Virus record (IMG/VR): IMGVR_UViG_3300021400_002728
Span: 261,154 to 325,153 of that record
Source of the DNA: a virus
Taxonomy: Duplodnaviria; Heunggongvirae; Uroviricota; Caudoviricetes
Reading direction: 5' to 3' (one strand)
DNA length: 64,000 bases
The notes below the pieces were generated by a model that worked only from the letters and a program-made list of their open reading frames with translations, made no database searches and was not told the DNA's origin. The position numbers and the translations under genes are program-made. Of the stretch, positions 38,298 to 50,978 are shown in pieces (position 1 is the stretch's first letter; every line of letters begins with the position of its first letter).

Positions 38298-40817
38298 TTA
38301 ATTTTTTGGTTTTACATTAAGGTTAAGCTTAATTCTAGGTTTTTCAACTGTAGAACCTTCATCAGGAACAGCTTCGATCTGAAGTTCAACCATATTACTA
38401 GTCTGCTCAGAAGTATTGTTTACTGTAGTATTAACTGCAGTATTCATCATATTCTGAATCTTTTCTTCAACGTTCTGAGGAATAGTCGGTGGAACTATCT
38501 CGGTAGGGAATACAAGATCTTCTTTAGTAATCATATACTTGTTAGCTTCATCACCATTGAAATTAGCTATATGCTGCTTAACTGAATTATTGAAAATTCC
38601 CTGAATATCTCTAATTCTGCACTGCCAATTTCCAAGATATTCCCAAACAGTATTTCTTGCTTCATCAGTAGTATTAAATCCCTTATTTATAGCAAGCATA
38701 TCAAAGATCTGAAGTAACTGACTATTATCATAAGTAGGGAATTCATATACTAATGTAAATAGATTCTTCATAGAATCGATTACGGGTGAAGCATAATCAC
38801 CAAGAACGATAGTTACATCAGTATTCTCATTGATAGCAGTATTGATTGCTGAAACTGCTTCACCAGAGAAGTTATCATTATTTTCAACTAACATATTATA
38901 GTTCTTAATATACAGTACACCGCCAGATGCATAAGAGATAATTGCTTGAGCTCTCTTAGCAGTATGTCCTACGAATGAACCTTTAAGAAGTTCTGCAGGA
39001 ATTTCGAGGTACTTATTCTCTGTGATGTAACCTAACTGGTAAAGATAACCAGTAAGGATCTTTGTAATAGAAGTCTTACCACAACCTTCATCACCAATAA
39101 GAAGTACTTTCTGATGAGTAATCTGATTGTAGAACTCTTTCTGACTTCTAAGAATATCGATCTCTTTCTTAAACGAATCAAGACCAATAAGACATGCAAG
39201 ATCTCTATCAGGATCTTCAGAACCAACCTTCATTCTAGGCTTAAGTTCTGACAATCTAATAATCTGCTCATCTAACTGATCTGCTGCTGAAGCATTCTTT
39301 AATTCATGCTGAAGTACTTTTCTACGAGCATCTGCATAAATCTGAATATCTTCAGAAGTAATAATCTGATTGTTATTACCTGTCTTGGTAACTCTATCTA
39401 CGTAGTTATCCATAATAGCATCAACTGCGTTACGAACTGTACGAGCATTACCAAAGGCTTTAGATTTCTTTTCAAGAGCAAATGCATCTTTAAGAAGTGG
39501 AATAGCTTCATCACTAAGTTTGTAAGAGTTCTTATTATAATCTTTAATGAAGTAATTGAAAATGTCAATCATTTCATCTTCGGTATAATCAGGGAAGTAG
39601 ATAGTATGCTTTACACGAGAAGTAAAACCTTCGTTAGTAGCAAACAATCTAGTCATCTGCTCTTCATAACCGGCTAAGATACAAACAAAATCTTTACGAT
39701 GATCTTCCATTGCTTTCAAAAGAACACCAATTACATCGAAGCCTCTCTTTTCCATAAGATATGCTTCATCGATGAATAGTACTCCACCGTATGCATATTC
39801 AATAATTGCCATTGCGCGGCTTGTATCACCTGCGCAAAGGTAATCACCAGAGATTTCTATATATTGATTATCTTTAATGTAACCTAAATCATAAAGGATC
39901 TTGGTAACGATACGAGCAACGGTTGTTTTACCAGTACCAGCAGAACCAAGGAATGCTAAGTGACAACCATTATTTGAATCTTTACCAAAGAACTTAATTC
40001 TATTCTTGAACTTCTCAATCTGATCTTTAACTGAATCAAGACCGATCATATCATGAAGTTCCTTATCAGAATCTTTTGCACCTTCAAATATCTTAGTATC
40101 AATGTCCTTAGGAAGGTATTCTGATCTCTTCTTATTAGGATTCTTTGCATCTACAATAGGTGTAGTTCCATTTTCTTCAGAATCTTCCATATTAAGGAAA
40201 GGACAATTACAAGGAAGATCAAACATTACTGAAACATAAGGAGTAGCATGACCTGCCTGTTTAAGATAATCATCTACGCAGTTAAGAATAATGTTTGGAT
40301 CAATGTTAGGTTTTGTAAAGTATACCATTGCGATAGTCTTCATTTTTTCAGAAGTTCTATACGTCATAGGAACAGTAGTCATAAAATCATTAAGATTAGT
40401 TTCGATCTTCTTAAGGGTTGATTTCTGTCCACGGTATACTAAGAACTTGAATAAGATTCCAAGACCTATACAAATTATAAAAGCAAGAATTGCAGGAAGT
40501 ATAGCACCTTTTGCACATGTTCCAAGTTCACCCTTAAGTGCGTGTACAAATCCGAGTTTAATCATATTTCCAATAAGTGCAACTATCCATGCAAAAACAG
40601 ATAACACTAATGATATACCGATAGTTTTAGGTAAACTTCTCAGTACACCACCAATGAATTTTTCCTTATTATAACAACCAGTCATAAATGGAGTGTCATA
40701 ATCTGGAACTATTTTTAAGTTTTTGTAAAAGGCAGTTAACTGCTTCTCATATTTTTCAACAACCTTAGATTGTTCATCTAATGCAGTAAACCAGTCTTTT
40801 CGACTTCGTATTTCCAT
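38298..40817 (-). CDS. membrane-anchored double AAA+ ATPase, SpoVK/CbbX/EccA-like
   Basis: 2 TM; IGLDSVK, GSAGTGKTTVAR, GGVLFIDEAY, ILAGY, FGNARTVRN; second AAA domain has a degenerate Walker B (LYIKNY). Confidence 0.85.
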   Translation of the reverse strand: MEIRSRKDWFTALDEQSKVVEKYEKQLTAFYKNLKIVPDYDTPFMTGCYNKEKFIGGVLRSLPKTIGISLVLSVFAWIVALIGNMIKLGFVHALKGELGTCAKGAILPAILAFIICIGLGILFKFLVYRGQKSTLKKIETNLNDFMTTVPMTYRTSEKMKTIAMVYFTKPNIDPNIILNCVDDYLKQAGHATPYVSVMFDLPCNCPFLNMEDSEENGTTPIVDAKNPNKKRSEYLPKDIDTKIFEGAKDSDKELHDMIGLDSVKDQIEKFKNRIKFFGKDSNNGCHLAFLGSAGTGKTTVARIVTKILYDLGYIKDNQYIEISGDYLCAGDTSRAMAIIEYAYGGVLFIDEAYLMEKRGFDVIGVLLKAMEDHRKDFVCILAGYEEQMTRLFATNEGFTSRVKHTIYFPDYTEDEMIDIFNYFIKDYNKNSYKLSDEAIPLLKDAFALEKKSKAFGNARTVRNAVDAIMDNYVDRVTKTGNNNQIITSEDIQIYADARRKVLQHELKNASAADQLDEQIIRLSELKPRMKVGSEDPDRDLACLIGLDSFKKEIDILRSQKEFYNQITHQKVLLIGDEGCGKTSITKILTGYLYQLGYITENKYLEIPAELLKGSFVGHTAKRAQAIISYASGGVLYIKNYNMLVENNDNFSGEAVSAINTAINENTDVTIVLGDYASPVIDSMKNLFTLVYEFPTYDNSQLLQIFDMLAINKGFNTTDEARNTVWEYLGNWQCRIRDIQGIFNNSVKQHIANFNGDEANKYMITKEDLVFPTEIVPPTIPQNVEEKIQNMMNTAVNTTVNNTSEQTSNMVELQIEAVPDEGSTVEKPRIKLNLNVKPKN

Positions 40818-40864
40818 AATTTACCTCCAAATACAAAGACAATGCTAGTTTATTCTTATTATTT

Positions 40865-40893
40865 ATTATAACAAGAAAAACTAGCATTGTAAA
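40865..40893 (-). promoter_or_regulatory. sigma70-type promoter
   Basis: TTTACA-17-TATAAT. Confidence 0.8.
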
Positions 40894-40922
40894 TAGTTTT
40901 TTCAATTATTTTTTATTATTTT

Positions 40923-41534
40923 TCAATTATTTTTTACTATATTTATCTGCTCATCATCTTTTAGACCGTATCTATCTCTAAGAGCCTTTTCTACATTGCT
41001 AGTATTATTAAATAGCTCGTATACTTCACTATCAAGCATGTGATCCCAATAGTCATCATCATTAGTTTCAACATGAATTTCAGTCAACTGGCCGAAGAAG
41101 TATGCCGCAAATGTATCTACCTTAATTGCATCTTTTACAAATACAATTTCTACCCAATCACTTTGATTATATCCACGCGCAGTATTCTGTTCTAAATCAA
41201 GACCGGGATTGATGATCTGCGCAACTTCTACAATAAATTCAGTATCATCACTATATCTACAGTTCTGATATGCCTTATAAACTCTTTCAAGCTGATCTTT
41301 GGTGTAGCTATCTTCATATTGCATAAGATCGTCAACATCCCAATCATAATTATCTAAGTCTGCAATAAGTTCTTTAGCTTTATTCCACCAAGATGCTTCT
41401 TCTATAGAAGAATATTCACGGTTTCCAATAACTACGACTTTCTCATCAAAGTCTTCACATACATATTCTTTCCATTCATCATGATTATATAAGAAGCTAA
41501 GATCTCCAGCTCCATCAAATGTAATTGTTGCCAT
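40923..41534 (-). CDS. acidic hypothetical protein
   Basis: GGAGG RBS, RGYNQSDW motif. Confidence 0.55.
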   Translation of the reverse strand: MATITFDGAGDLSFLYNHDEWKEYVCEDFDEKVVVIGNREYSSIEEASWWNKAKELIADLDNYDWDVDDLMQYEDSYTKDQLERVYKAYQNCRYSDDTEFIVEVAQIINPGLDLEQNTARGYNQSDWVEIVFVKDAIKVDTFAAYFFGQLTEIHVETNDDDYWDHMLDSEVYELFNNTSNVEKALRDRYGLKDDEQINIVKNN

Positions 41535-41552
41535 GACGATTCCTCCTTAATT

Positions 41553-42143
41553 TTAAGTTTCATATCTACCAGTATCAGTAGAAATACAGAAACATGGTAA
41601 TTCTCCAACAAGTTCAATTTTATTTATAATCATTCCATTACAATAAAGTTCTGCGTTATACTTACCAATAAGATAATCCATACCTTTACAAGTAAGCCAA
41701 TATGTATTCTCATCTACTTTCTGAGGTTCACTCTTAACGACAACCTGCTTAAGATAGATTCTTTTAACCTTATCAAAATGAAAATCATAAATTTCAGTTT
41801 CAGCGTTTGTTATAATAGGATCTACCTGTACATTGATAGGCTCATTATAACAGAATTTTTCTATAATTGATTTTTCTTCTAGTGTGAGTTCTTCATCACT
41901 AGAAATATCATAACTTTCCTCAAGTGGTACAAATGTACAGAACTGATCAAGTTCTGCTTTTGCTTCTTTAGGAAGTTTACTTACATCTATAAGTAATACA
42001 TGATTATAAGCGCATGTAAATTCTTCATTTCTATTATATGTGATCTTGCAGCAAAGCTCAGGATGTGTTCTATGAATCTGAGTAACTCTACTACCATCTT
42101 TCATAATATCTCCGACTTTAACGTCTTTCCACTGTTTTACCAT
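41553..42143 (-). CDS. free-standing intein middle fragment IntM-2 (lacks blocks A and G)
   Basis: VKQWKDVKVGD..., FTCAYNHVL (block B), IINKIELVGELPCFCISTDTGRYET-stop (block F); GGAGG RBS. Confidence 0.75.
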   Translation of the reverse strand: MVKQWKDVKVGDIMKDGSRVTQIHRTHPELCCKITYNRNEEFTCAYNHVLLIDVSKLPKEAKAELDQFCTFVPLEESYDISSDEELTLEEKSIIEKFCYNEPINVQVDPIITNAETEIYDFHFDKVKRIYLKQVVVKSEPQKVDENTYWLTCKGMDYLIGKYNAELYCNGMIINKIELVGELPCFCISTDTGRYET

Positions 42144-43100
42144 AAATTCCCTCCGATATGTCTAGTTGACTAAACTTATCATACTTATCAATATATCTAG
42201 TAAGTTTTTCATACTGTTTGAAAATATCTGTTTCTAAATAATCAAGCATAATCTGTCTAGCTTTTTCATCATCTCGTTCATAAAGCAGGATAAATTTACC
42301 ACCTAGCACAGTACCTATATCAGATTTTGCATATACTTTACCATGACCATTTTCAGCACGTGTATATACAATAATATAGTTTCCTTTTCCATATTTGTTT
42401 TCAGCAAACTTAAATGGACTAGGATCTTCTTCAGTATACTGCTCTTTTACTACTTCTATTAAACCTTTATCGTATTCAAAATAGTAGTGGTAAATGTCTT
42501 TTTTCATAAGTTCCTACCTCAAAATCCTCTACGTTCAAATTCCTCTTCGGCTTCAAATCTTGAAGCTAACATAGCAAATTTACGTACTTTATCTAGATCT
42601 TTACATCTGATAGTTATTCTTATTATATTTGTATTAAGACGAGTATCTATACCTTCTTCAATAACTTCGATATAATTAAAGTTTGCATCATCACCTAAAG
42701 CATCTAATGCCTGTACATAAGCTTTACGTGTGTGATTTCCAATAGAATATCCGTCATAATTTACAAGTTTATAATTAGTAGATGCAGCCTTACCTTCATA
42801 TAGCATGAAATATGTTCTTAACGAAAATTGACTTATATTATTATCTGGATCAAATCTATCAGGATCATCAATCCATTCACGATAAAATTCATCAATAGTA
42901 TAATCATCTTTAATCTCTTTAAGCGCATATTCATATGCTAAGTAAAAAGCTCTTAATTCTAATGGCTGACTATCTGCTTTAACTAATTCAGTTTTAACTT
43001 TATACTGTTTAAGTACATCTTCTGTTCCAGTGATAGTAGCGCCTGTATCAAGTGTTCCAGTATATAATGTTTTTGCTTTAATTTCTTCTAAAGTTAACAT
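42118..43100 (-). CDS. two hypothetical proteins (42118-42507, 42519-43100)
   Basis: ORFs downstream of the promoter at 43143-43171. Confidence 0.55.
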
Positions 43101-43142
43101 GATAACTCCTTTCTATCTTAATAAAGGCACTATCTTATTATA

Positions 43143-43171
43143 ATTATAACAAGATAATGCCATTATGTAAA
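43143..43171 (-). promoter_or_regulatory. sigma70-type promoter
   Basis: TTTACA-17-TATAAT. Confidence 0.8.
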
Positions 43172-43184
43172 TAGTTTTTCCATA

Positions 43185-46100
43185 TCAGTCGTTTCTTACA
43201 AATTCAAAAATATAATCATTAGATTCCCAATCAAATGATGCCATAATCCATTCATTATCCCAGTCAGAGTCCTCATAACCCTCAAGACCTTCATCTTCAT
43301 AGTTAGCAAACTCCTGCTGTTCGAATCCTTCTCCAAGACCATCTGAATTCTGACCAGATACCCACTCACTAATAGGTTTGAGTTCTGTAGCAGATAATGC
43401 TCTTGATGTAGTAAGTTCAATATTACCAGAATCTTCATCCTTAAGATGCCACTCAATTTTCTCTACAGCATTTCTTACATCTTCTGGAATACGATCATCA
43501 TCTTTAAGATACTGAGTCATATCATCTTCTGTAAGATATTCTTGTGCAGCTGATAAATCATTTACACATGCTGTAAGTTTGAAATATGTTCTATAAATAT
43601 ACATAATTCTCACTCTCCTTCTTCATAGGTCCATAATATACGGAAGACTTCTTCTACAGCTTCACACTGAGAATTAGTATCAGACTCAAATGTAGTCTTA
43701 TTACCATCTTTATCATATACAATTAACTCATAACTTGGATAATCACAAATAAGTCCTTCAGTGATTTCTACATTATTTGTATTAAAGTCATCCCATAAAG
43801 TATAGATAGTTGATACATCTTCATCTTTAAGTCTAATTCTGTCTTTAGTGCCATCTGCATATTCTTTATTGACTTTACCTTCAGATGTAATGTAATAAGT
43901 AACTATTTTAGAATCATACTCTTCCTGCGACATTGAACCACCAGGATAGTCAGTTGCTTCGAATAAAAGTCTTTCCTGTAATATAGTAGTATTTCCATCT
44001 GCTGTAGGTTCTACAGATCCAGTAGGTGTATTAGTAGCCATATTAGTACAACTAGTTACAGATAACATCAATACTGCTATTAAACTAATGATTATTTTTC
44101 TCATCCTTGCTCCTTACAGTACTTTTCTTTGTGTTCCCGTACTACAGAATCTTTTGCAAATCCAAGAAGATCTTTATTATCACGTTTGATTTTGTATGAT
44201 TTTGGATTTGAATTTAGTTCAGTTACAAATATAAAATTACCTTCTGATGGTGTACACCCAAATCCACCAGTACAAAGAACAAGTTGATATTTTTCATTTT
44301 GATATTCCGGTTTAAAGAAATCTTCTTTTAGAATTACAAATCGTCCCTGTAAATCTGAATTATACACATTTTCATCTGTACAATCTTTCAGTGTATACAT
44401 AAGCATTCCCTCCTATTTTAGTCGGTCGGGATTGTACTTATCATTAAGCCAACTTTCAAGAATTATGTTAAAATCTTCTCTATTAACTATATCAAACCAA
44501 TCTCTTGGACATAAAGCTTGATAACATTTTGTCTTATTGAGAATAGTTGTCCACATCCATCCTTGTCCGGCGTCAAGATAACAATCGCCAACCTCATATA
44601 GTTCCTTATTAGGACTATTTTTTGTCATAAGTGCTGCAAATTCTTTCAAGCTTTGATACTCTTCAGAATCTTCTTTAAAGGTACATTCCATACCTTGATG
44701 ATATTTTCCCATAATTACTCCTCAACTATATCAAAATACATATCAATCGGTTCATCTTCAAAATAAAGATCACACTCAATATTCTTATACTCTACTGTAC
44801 AATCTAAATTAGGATTGCTAGGTTTCTTTAATGTACAACGAGCATTTCTTGGAATATATACATCAATTCTATCTCCAGTTTCAACTAAGTCTAATCCATA
44901 AGACTCGTCAATATTATCTAATTCGAGATTATCATTAGTAAGATTATCCCAACACTCAGAATATGAATTTAACGTTTTAGTATAAATACATAATGGTTGA
45001 ATTACAAATACTGTTAATTTACCTTTGCTATTAAGTGCATCTAATAACATAATTATCACTCCTTTCAAGTTTTTATAAGAACCACCCGCACATCCACACT
45101 TTTTCAAACCAATTATAAATTGCTACTACATCTCCAGATCCATCTCGTTTATATACCATCATGGCAAATGTTTCTGCATCATCATAGTTACTAAAACGAT
45201 CGTCTATATTTGACCATAGCAATTCAGTGGTATGCTCACTTAAAAATTGTTTTAACGCTCTTTTAGAAGATCTATCAACTTCTTTAATCTCTTCAAAAAG
45301 ATCGGCTTTGATATAGCATACCGAATATCTATATGAAGCCATTATACCGTTAAGAATTGGTCAGTTTCGCTATCTAATACAAAACTGCCCCATGATCCTT
45401 CATAGATTGTGCTTTTGTCTTTAGTGTCGATGGAAGTAACAGCTCCAGTTAAAAACTTTCCTTGTTCTGCGATTATATTCTTAGGTGAATCTGATCCTTT
45501 TGCATAAAGCACTACAACAGTATCACCTATCTTTATTGGTTGTTTTCCATATCCATTTTGTAACATTCTACCTTTGACTACAAATGTATTGCATAAATCA
45601 CAACATCTACTTTCATAATCATCTTTAGCGCATAATGGAAATGGATTATTTCCCCATTGTCCTACTGGTTTTCCACATATACAACAATTCATAATTATTT
45701 ACCTCTTTAATTTACCATATATATCTTTAGAAATCTAAATAGATAGTAAAGATATTATCATAAGTCTGATGTTCAACACAATATTCAAAACTCATATCTT
45801 CACCCATATCTGGATTAGGTCTGAAATCGTTTTTAAGTTTAAGATCAGAAAGTTTATCTTTAATAATATCAATTGCCTGCTTTAAGTTCTTGATATTATC
45901 TTCACAAAGTTTTTCACAAATAGTATAATGGAATCCAGTACCACAATTTCCGCACATACTAAGTGAATGGAACTCTACCATATTTTCACCTCGATTAGTT
46001 CTTATAAGTGAAAGTACTATTCGGGTCTTTTCTACTCCACCTTCAATTTCTTTCATAAGAAATTCCTGAAGTTCATCTTCAAATTTCTCTTCTCCAACAA

Positions 46101-47722
46101 TCTTCTGAATCTTTGCAGCTACATCACAAAATGCTTCAGATGTGTCTTTTGCCTTTTTAAGCTCATCTAAATTAAATGCCATTGTCATATCCTCCTCTAA
46201 ATGCTTATAAGAAATATGTCTTCTGCTAAATCGAGATACTCTACTTTATATTCATCTAAATTTGATTGATACTTAGTAAAGTTATTGATAATTATATTAT
46301 TTGAATATATACCAATATCAGTATCATCAAAATCTAATAATGTTTTAATGAATATAAATATTTCATCAAAAGAATATTCTTTAAGATGACGTTCATCAAA
46401 TGAATGATAATCTACGTCATTTATAATTAAGTCTCGCTTAGATCTCCATTCTTCTTTAAGAAGAGCACCCATATCTTTGAATGTAAATAGACATTGAACA
46501 GTATAGTAGTTCATATCAAAATTTACTATATGTGGTTGTGCCCTAAACTGCTTTACATTCATAATATTACTCCTCTAATCCATGATCATATAATGCATTT
46601 TTAAGTTCGTCTTCAAGTTCACTTAAACGATCATTATTGAGATCATCTGTATCACTAGATACTAACTTAACATCATTCTCAAACTGATAGAATATTTCAA
46701 CTGTAGTGTTTGGATTCTGTTCTTGTACTTTCTCATAGATAATTCTTTCAAGCAGAGCAACTGGCACTAATTCCTTTATAGTAATACCGTCTCTAGTTTG
46801 GAAGTTATCTTCGAAAGGTTGATTAGCATCCATATACAATCTTCCATAAACAGTTATATCATACTTAGCTGTTACTCTAGTAGTGTAATTAAATACTACA
46901 TTTGCATTAGATCTATCAATTTCTTCTATATTACCTTCTGACTTAAATACTTTAAGATTATCTTCACGAAGTTCTACTGATATACTATTATTCTCAGTAT
47001 CTTCAATATATTTTGCGATTATATCAGGAATTTTGATACTATGCATAAATGATTCATAATTCATCATTCCTTTTTCACCAGTGATAGTGTCTATTCTAGT
47101 TTGACCGTTGTACTTTTTAATTGTTGCTGGACATTCTAGAATTTCTTCTAATCTAACTTCAAAATCAGCTTTAAGCTGTACTTTTATATCTTGATATAGT
47201 CTCATAATCATTTACCTTTTAATCGTCTGATAATATTTTATTCATTACTAGATTATCTAACTCTTAATCTTTTGGTGCAAGTTCTTTAAGATCAAACTCA
47301 TGAAGTTCATCTGTATTAAGAACTCCATCTAATAAAATAAATGTTCCCCAAGTTCCTTTTTCATTCTGTCCTTCACGTGTTTCTAGAACATGAAGATCTT
47401 TTGGAATAGTACCAGGACCGGTACCATGTAGTGTAAAATACCAATATCGTCTTTCTTCATATGGTCTTGCATCTGAATATCTTTCCATAGTCTACTCCTT
47501 AATAAGTTAGGTTGCTTCTATAATTAACTTAGGTCCATTTTCACCTTCTCTGAAATTATCAAGTCTAATATTTCCTAAAGCTGGTGATAATTCAATTTTA
47601 GCATCATCAGGAACTGTAGCTAAGAAGGATTTAAGTTCTCTAACTGTTTTGTCCTCAAATTGATGAATATAGAATAAGGGCATCTGTGAACTCATATTAT
47701 TTCTCCTTTTATACTGGTTCAA
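43185..47722 (-). CDS. run of about 12 small, mostly acidic hypothetical proteins, including a lipoprotein (43610-44104)
   Basis: Contiguous same-strand ORFs with RBSs; VTSC lipobox in 43610-44104. Confidence 0.55.
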
Positions 47723-48308
47723 ATGTCTTATAATTAGTTACTTTACCATATTTATCAAATTCGAACCAAGCAATTTGATAAATACAATAACAGTCTACTC
47801 CATGAATTTCTCTATGATCAAATGTATGGTGATGACCATAAATAATAGTAGCAGGTCTATTTCTTTTAATATATTCAAGAATACCTTTAAGACCACAATG
47901 AGCTGAATCTTCTAGAATACCACAATAACCATAAGGTCCATCATGTGAAAATAGAATATCTGCATTTGGCATATTATTGAATTGTTTTATAGATTGTTCC
48001 TGTGTATAACCATAAACTTGACTTTCTTTGTACTTATGTGATCCTTGCCATCCAGTAAAAGATGGTAAGCTGCCAATTCTTTTCGCATGTAAAGGAAATG
48101 CGTCTTTATGGATCATCATAGTTGGCATATCATGGTTTCCATTTAATCGATACACAGGAACATTAAATTCTTCTATTGCTTGGTTTATATCTCCAGTAGA
48201 ATGATCTCCTAGCATTACTACAACGTCATACTCTGGAATTTCATCTTTGTATTTTGTATAGACAGTGTTAAAAACACCATGAGTATCTGTGATTACTAAT
48301 ACTCTCAT
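47709..48308 (-). CDS. calcineurin-like metallophosphoesterase
   Basis: DTH, GD, GNHD, SHDGP, GHHH. Confidence 0.88.
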   Translation of the reverse strand: MRVLVITDTHGVFNTVYTKYKDEIPEYDVVVMLGDHSTGDINQAIEEFNVPVYRLNGNHDMPTMMIHKDAFPLHAKRIGSLPSFTGWQGSHKYKESQVYGYTQEQSIKQFNNMPNADILFSHDGPYGYCGILEDSAHCGLKGILEYIKRNRPATIIYGHHHTFDHREIHGVDCYCIYQIAWFEFDKYGKVTNYKTFEPV

Positions 48309-48324
48309 CTATTCTTCCCTTCCA

Positions 48325-50969
48325 TTAAATAAACATCTTCTTCGTGAAATCGTAATACTCATCTTCAGTAGCTTCTTCAATTTCAGCAGTATTACTCATT
48401 CTAATTATACCCTCTTGAGCAAATTTCTTGAACCAATTCTTAGCATCTGATTTATCTTTAGCCATTATCACACAAACAATTGCTTTGGATGTAAAAAGTT
48501 CAGCATTTGCATCAAATTCAGTTGTTTCCACTAACTTATAATACATAAGCTAATTATCCTTTCCAAAATTTTCCACAATATCTAGCATACGCTACTAATT
48601 CAGACTCAGTTGCTGGTTCAAAGTCATCTTCACGATACTGATACGTACCATACTTATTGACAAATTCAAGGATAGCATCAATGTCCTTGCCAATAATTAC
48701 TGGAATATGCTCTACATCAGGTGGAAGACCAATTCTTCCCCACTCAGTACGATCATATCTAACCTTTCTGATAATCCAATCTGGCTGAGTATCAAGTAAG
48801 TAGTTAATGTAATCTACAAAAGCTACCTCTTCTTCTTTCCACTCTACATTATCGAGATTATCTTTGACAGGTGCACCACACATATCACAGAATTTAGGCT
48901 TATAATTAGGACCAGCATTAATAATGTGTCTACAATTATCACAATATACATTAGTACAAATTGTAGGAGAATTTCCATACTTTAAATATACTTTGTACTC
49001 AACCATATCTCTACCTCTCTAATTAAACCATATTTTTTCCTCTCTATCATAAATAGAGGCGTCATCACTACTTCTATGAGAATCTACATATTTCATGGCA
49101 CATTCATTTGCATCATCTTCTGAATCAAATTCACCAAGTTGATCACCATAATCCATAGGATCACGACGTCCAGATTCAAGAGCATCAAATAATTCTATAC
49201 CCATATCATCTGCATAGCTTTCTTGGCAATCACTATCAAAGCCGTATACGACATAACGTTTATCCATGACTCCAACCTCCTTAATTACATTTCCTGCCAA
49301 CCATAACTATCACAATACCACATACGAGAATCGTCAAGAATAACGATGTCTGATGTACTCATTGAATGAGCTTTGTAGTCAGTAGGACGCTGCATATTGA
49401 ATTTATAAAACAACTGTTCCAATATCTCCTCATCTGTATGATTTCCAAAATCTTCTTCGTACTCGTATTTCTTTTCATAGTACTGTTTAAGATCACGCTT
49501 AAGATCTGGAACGACCTTAATTACATATGAATAATTCATAAAGGAGAGATCGTGTCGCTCGTCAATATCTTCGCGTACATGATAAATTTCAACTTTAGTC
49601 ATCATTGTTTTATCCTCCTTTTATTTTTGTATGTATTTTCTAATTTCCATTCTATTTATATTAAATAGCTTTTTCAATTTTGTCGCATTGTGTTGCTGTC
49701 AACGATGTCATCGAACCATTTTGCACCAATTTCAAATCTAGCGGCAAAGATGAGATTAGCATCTTTAATATCGTCTAACTTAACTGATACTATATGAATA
49801 TCATCAGGATATGCGTTATTTCCTGTAAGTTTATATATATCATTCATCAACTTACCTGATATAATATAGAAATCATCTGTCATCATCTTAGCACCATGTT
49901 CTTCAAACCAACCTCTTAGTGCTTCAAGATTGTCGTCATCTGTATTAAAACCAACCATAGTAAAAGCTGATCCATCATAAAGATCTTTAAGGTCTGATTC
50001 TTTACAGTTAATTTTATTGATTCCCATATTTATCACCTCTCTACTATCCTAAAAGTTCCTCAGCACATAACTGAATTGCATAAGCATTCTTTGCTATTTC
50101 AGATTCTGACATTTTAGTAAGCTCCGTTAAAAATTCTTCTACAGTCATATCACAACTATATTCAACTTCACCTCTATGTCTCATACACTTAGGACAGCCA
50201 CCACAGATTTCTGATGGATTTTCTACATCACCATCTGAATTGCATCCACTGCAATACCATTTCATTCTTAGCATGATTAAATCCTCCTATACTAAATCCC
50301 TAAGAGTTACTTCATTTACATGCTCCATCTCTTCTGAATCTAAAAAATTCAATACTTCTCGACTAGTCATTGGTTTAGTGTCAAATAAAACTGCCCAAAT
50401 AACATCATTAGACCAGACATCTGTGATATACGCACCATCAACATCATCAACATGCTCATTAATGTCACCACTAATTTTCCACTGTTTATCTGAATATTTG
50501 CTAAATACTATATCTTGTATTTCTTTTAGAGATACACCTTTTGCAGTAGTAGTATCATGTAGACTATCTTGTTTGAGAGCTTCCCAGTCAAAATCATCTT
50601 CGTCATATTTATCAAATAACGATATAATATTGCTTTTTGGTACTAAATCATACATATCAATAGACAGTATAAATTTTTTATCTGTAACTGCTTCTATTTC
50701 ATTTTCAGGAATTTGTGTTATATCTATATCATAACCATCTCTATACTTTTCAAATCTTTCCATAGTTATACCTCCAAGCAAATTTTAATATAACCACCAC
50801 ATTTGTAAACTTTCTCTGAATTATCCCACTTCCAATCAGCGTCTTTCATGGGTTCATAATCTTCAATTCCTTTATAAATCTGACTTTCATTTTCATCATA
50901 TACGATAACAATATCATCTTCAAATTCTATTTGTTTTCTTGCGTATGTCTTATATCCTCTTTTCATCAA
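48325..50969 (-). CDS. run of small hypothetical proteins
   Basis: Contiguous same-strand ORFs; two have CxxC pairs. Confidence 0.5.
49285..49605 (-). CDS. YodL-like domain protein
   Basis: LEQLFYKFN..RPTDYKAHSMSTSDIVIL...YCDSYGW. Confidence 0.8.
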   Translation of the reverse strand: MMTKVEIYHVREDIDERHDLSFMNYSYVIKVVPDLKRDLKQYYEKKYEYEEDFGNHTDEEILEQLFYKFNMQRPTDYKAHSMSTSDIVILDDSRMWYCDSYGWQEM

Positions 50970-50978
50970 TCTACCTCC

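Noticed and set aside
41432-41617. Frameshifted continuation supplying block G for IntM-2
   Set aside because: No HN/HQ-[CST] junction follows the stop, and the next gene starts with its own RBS 18 nt later.
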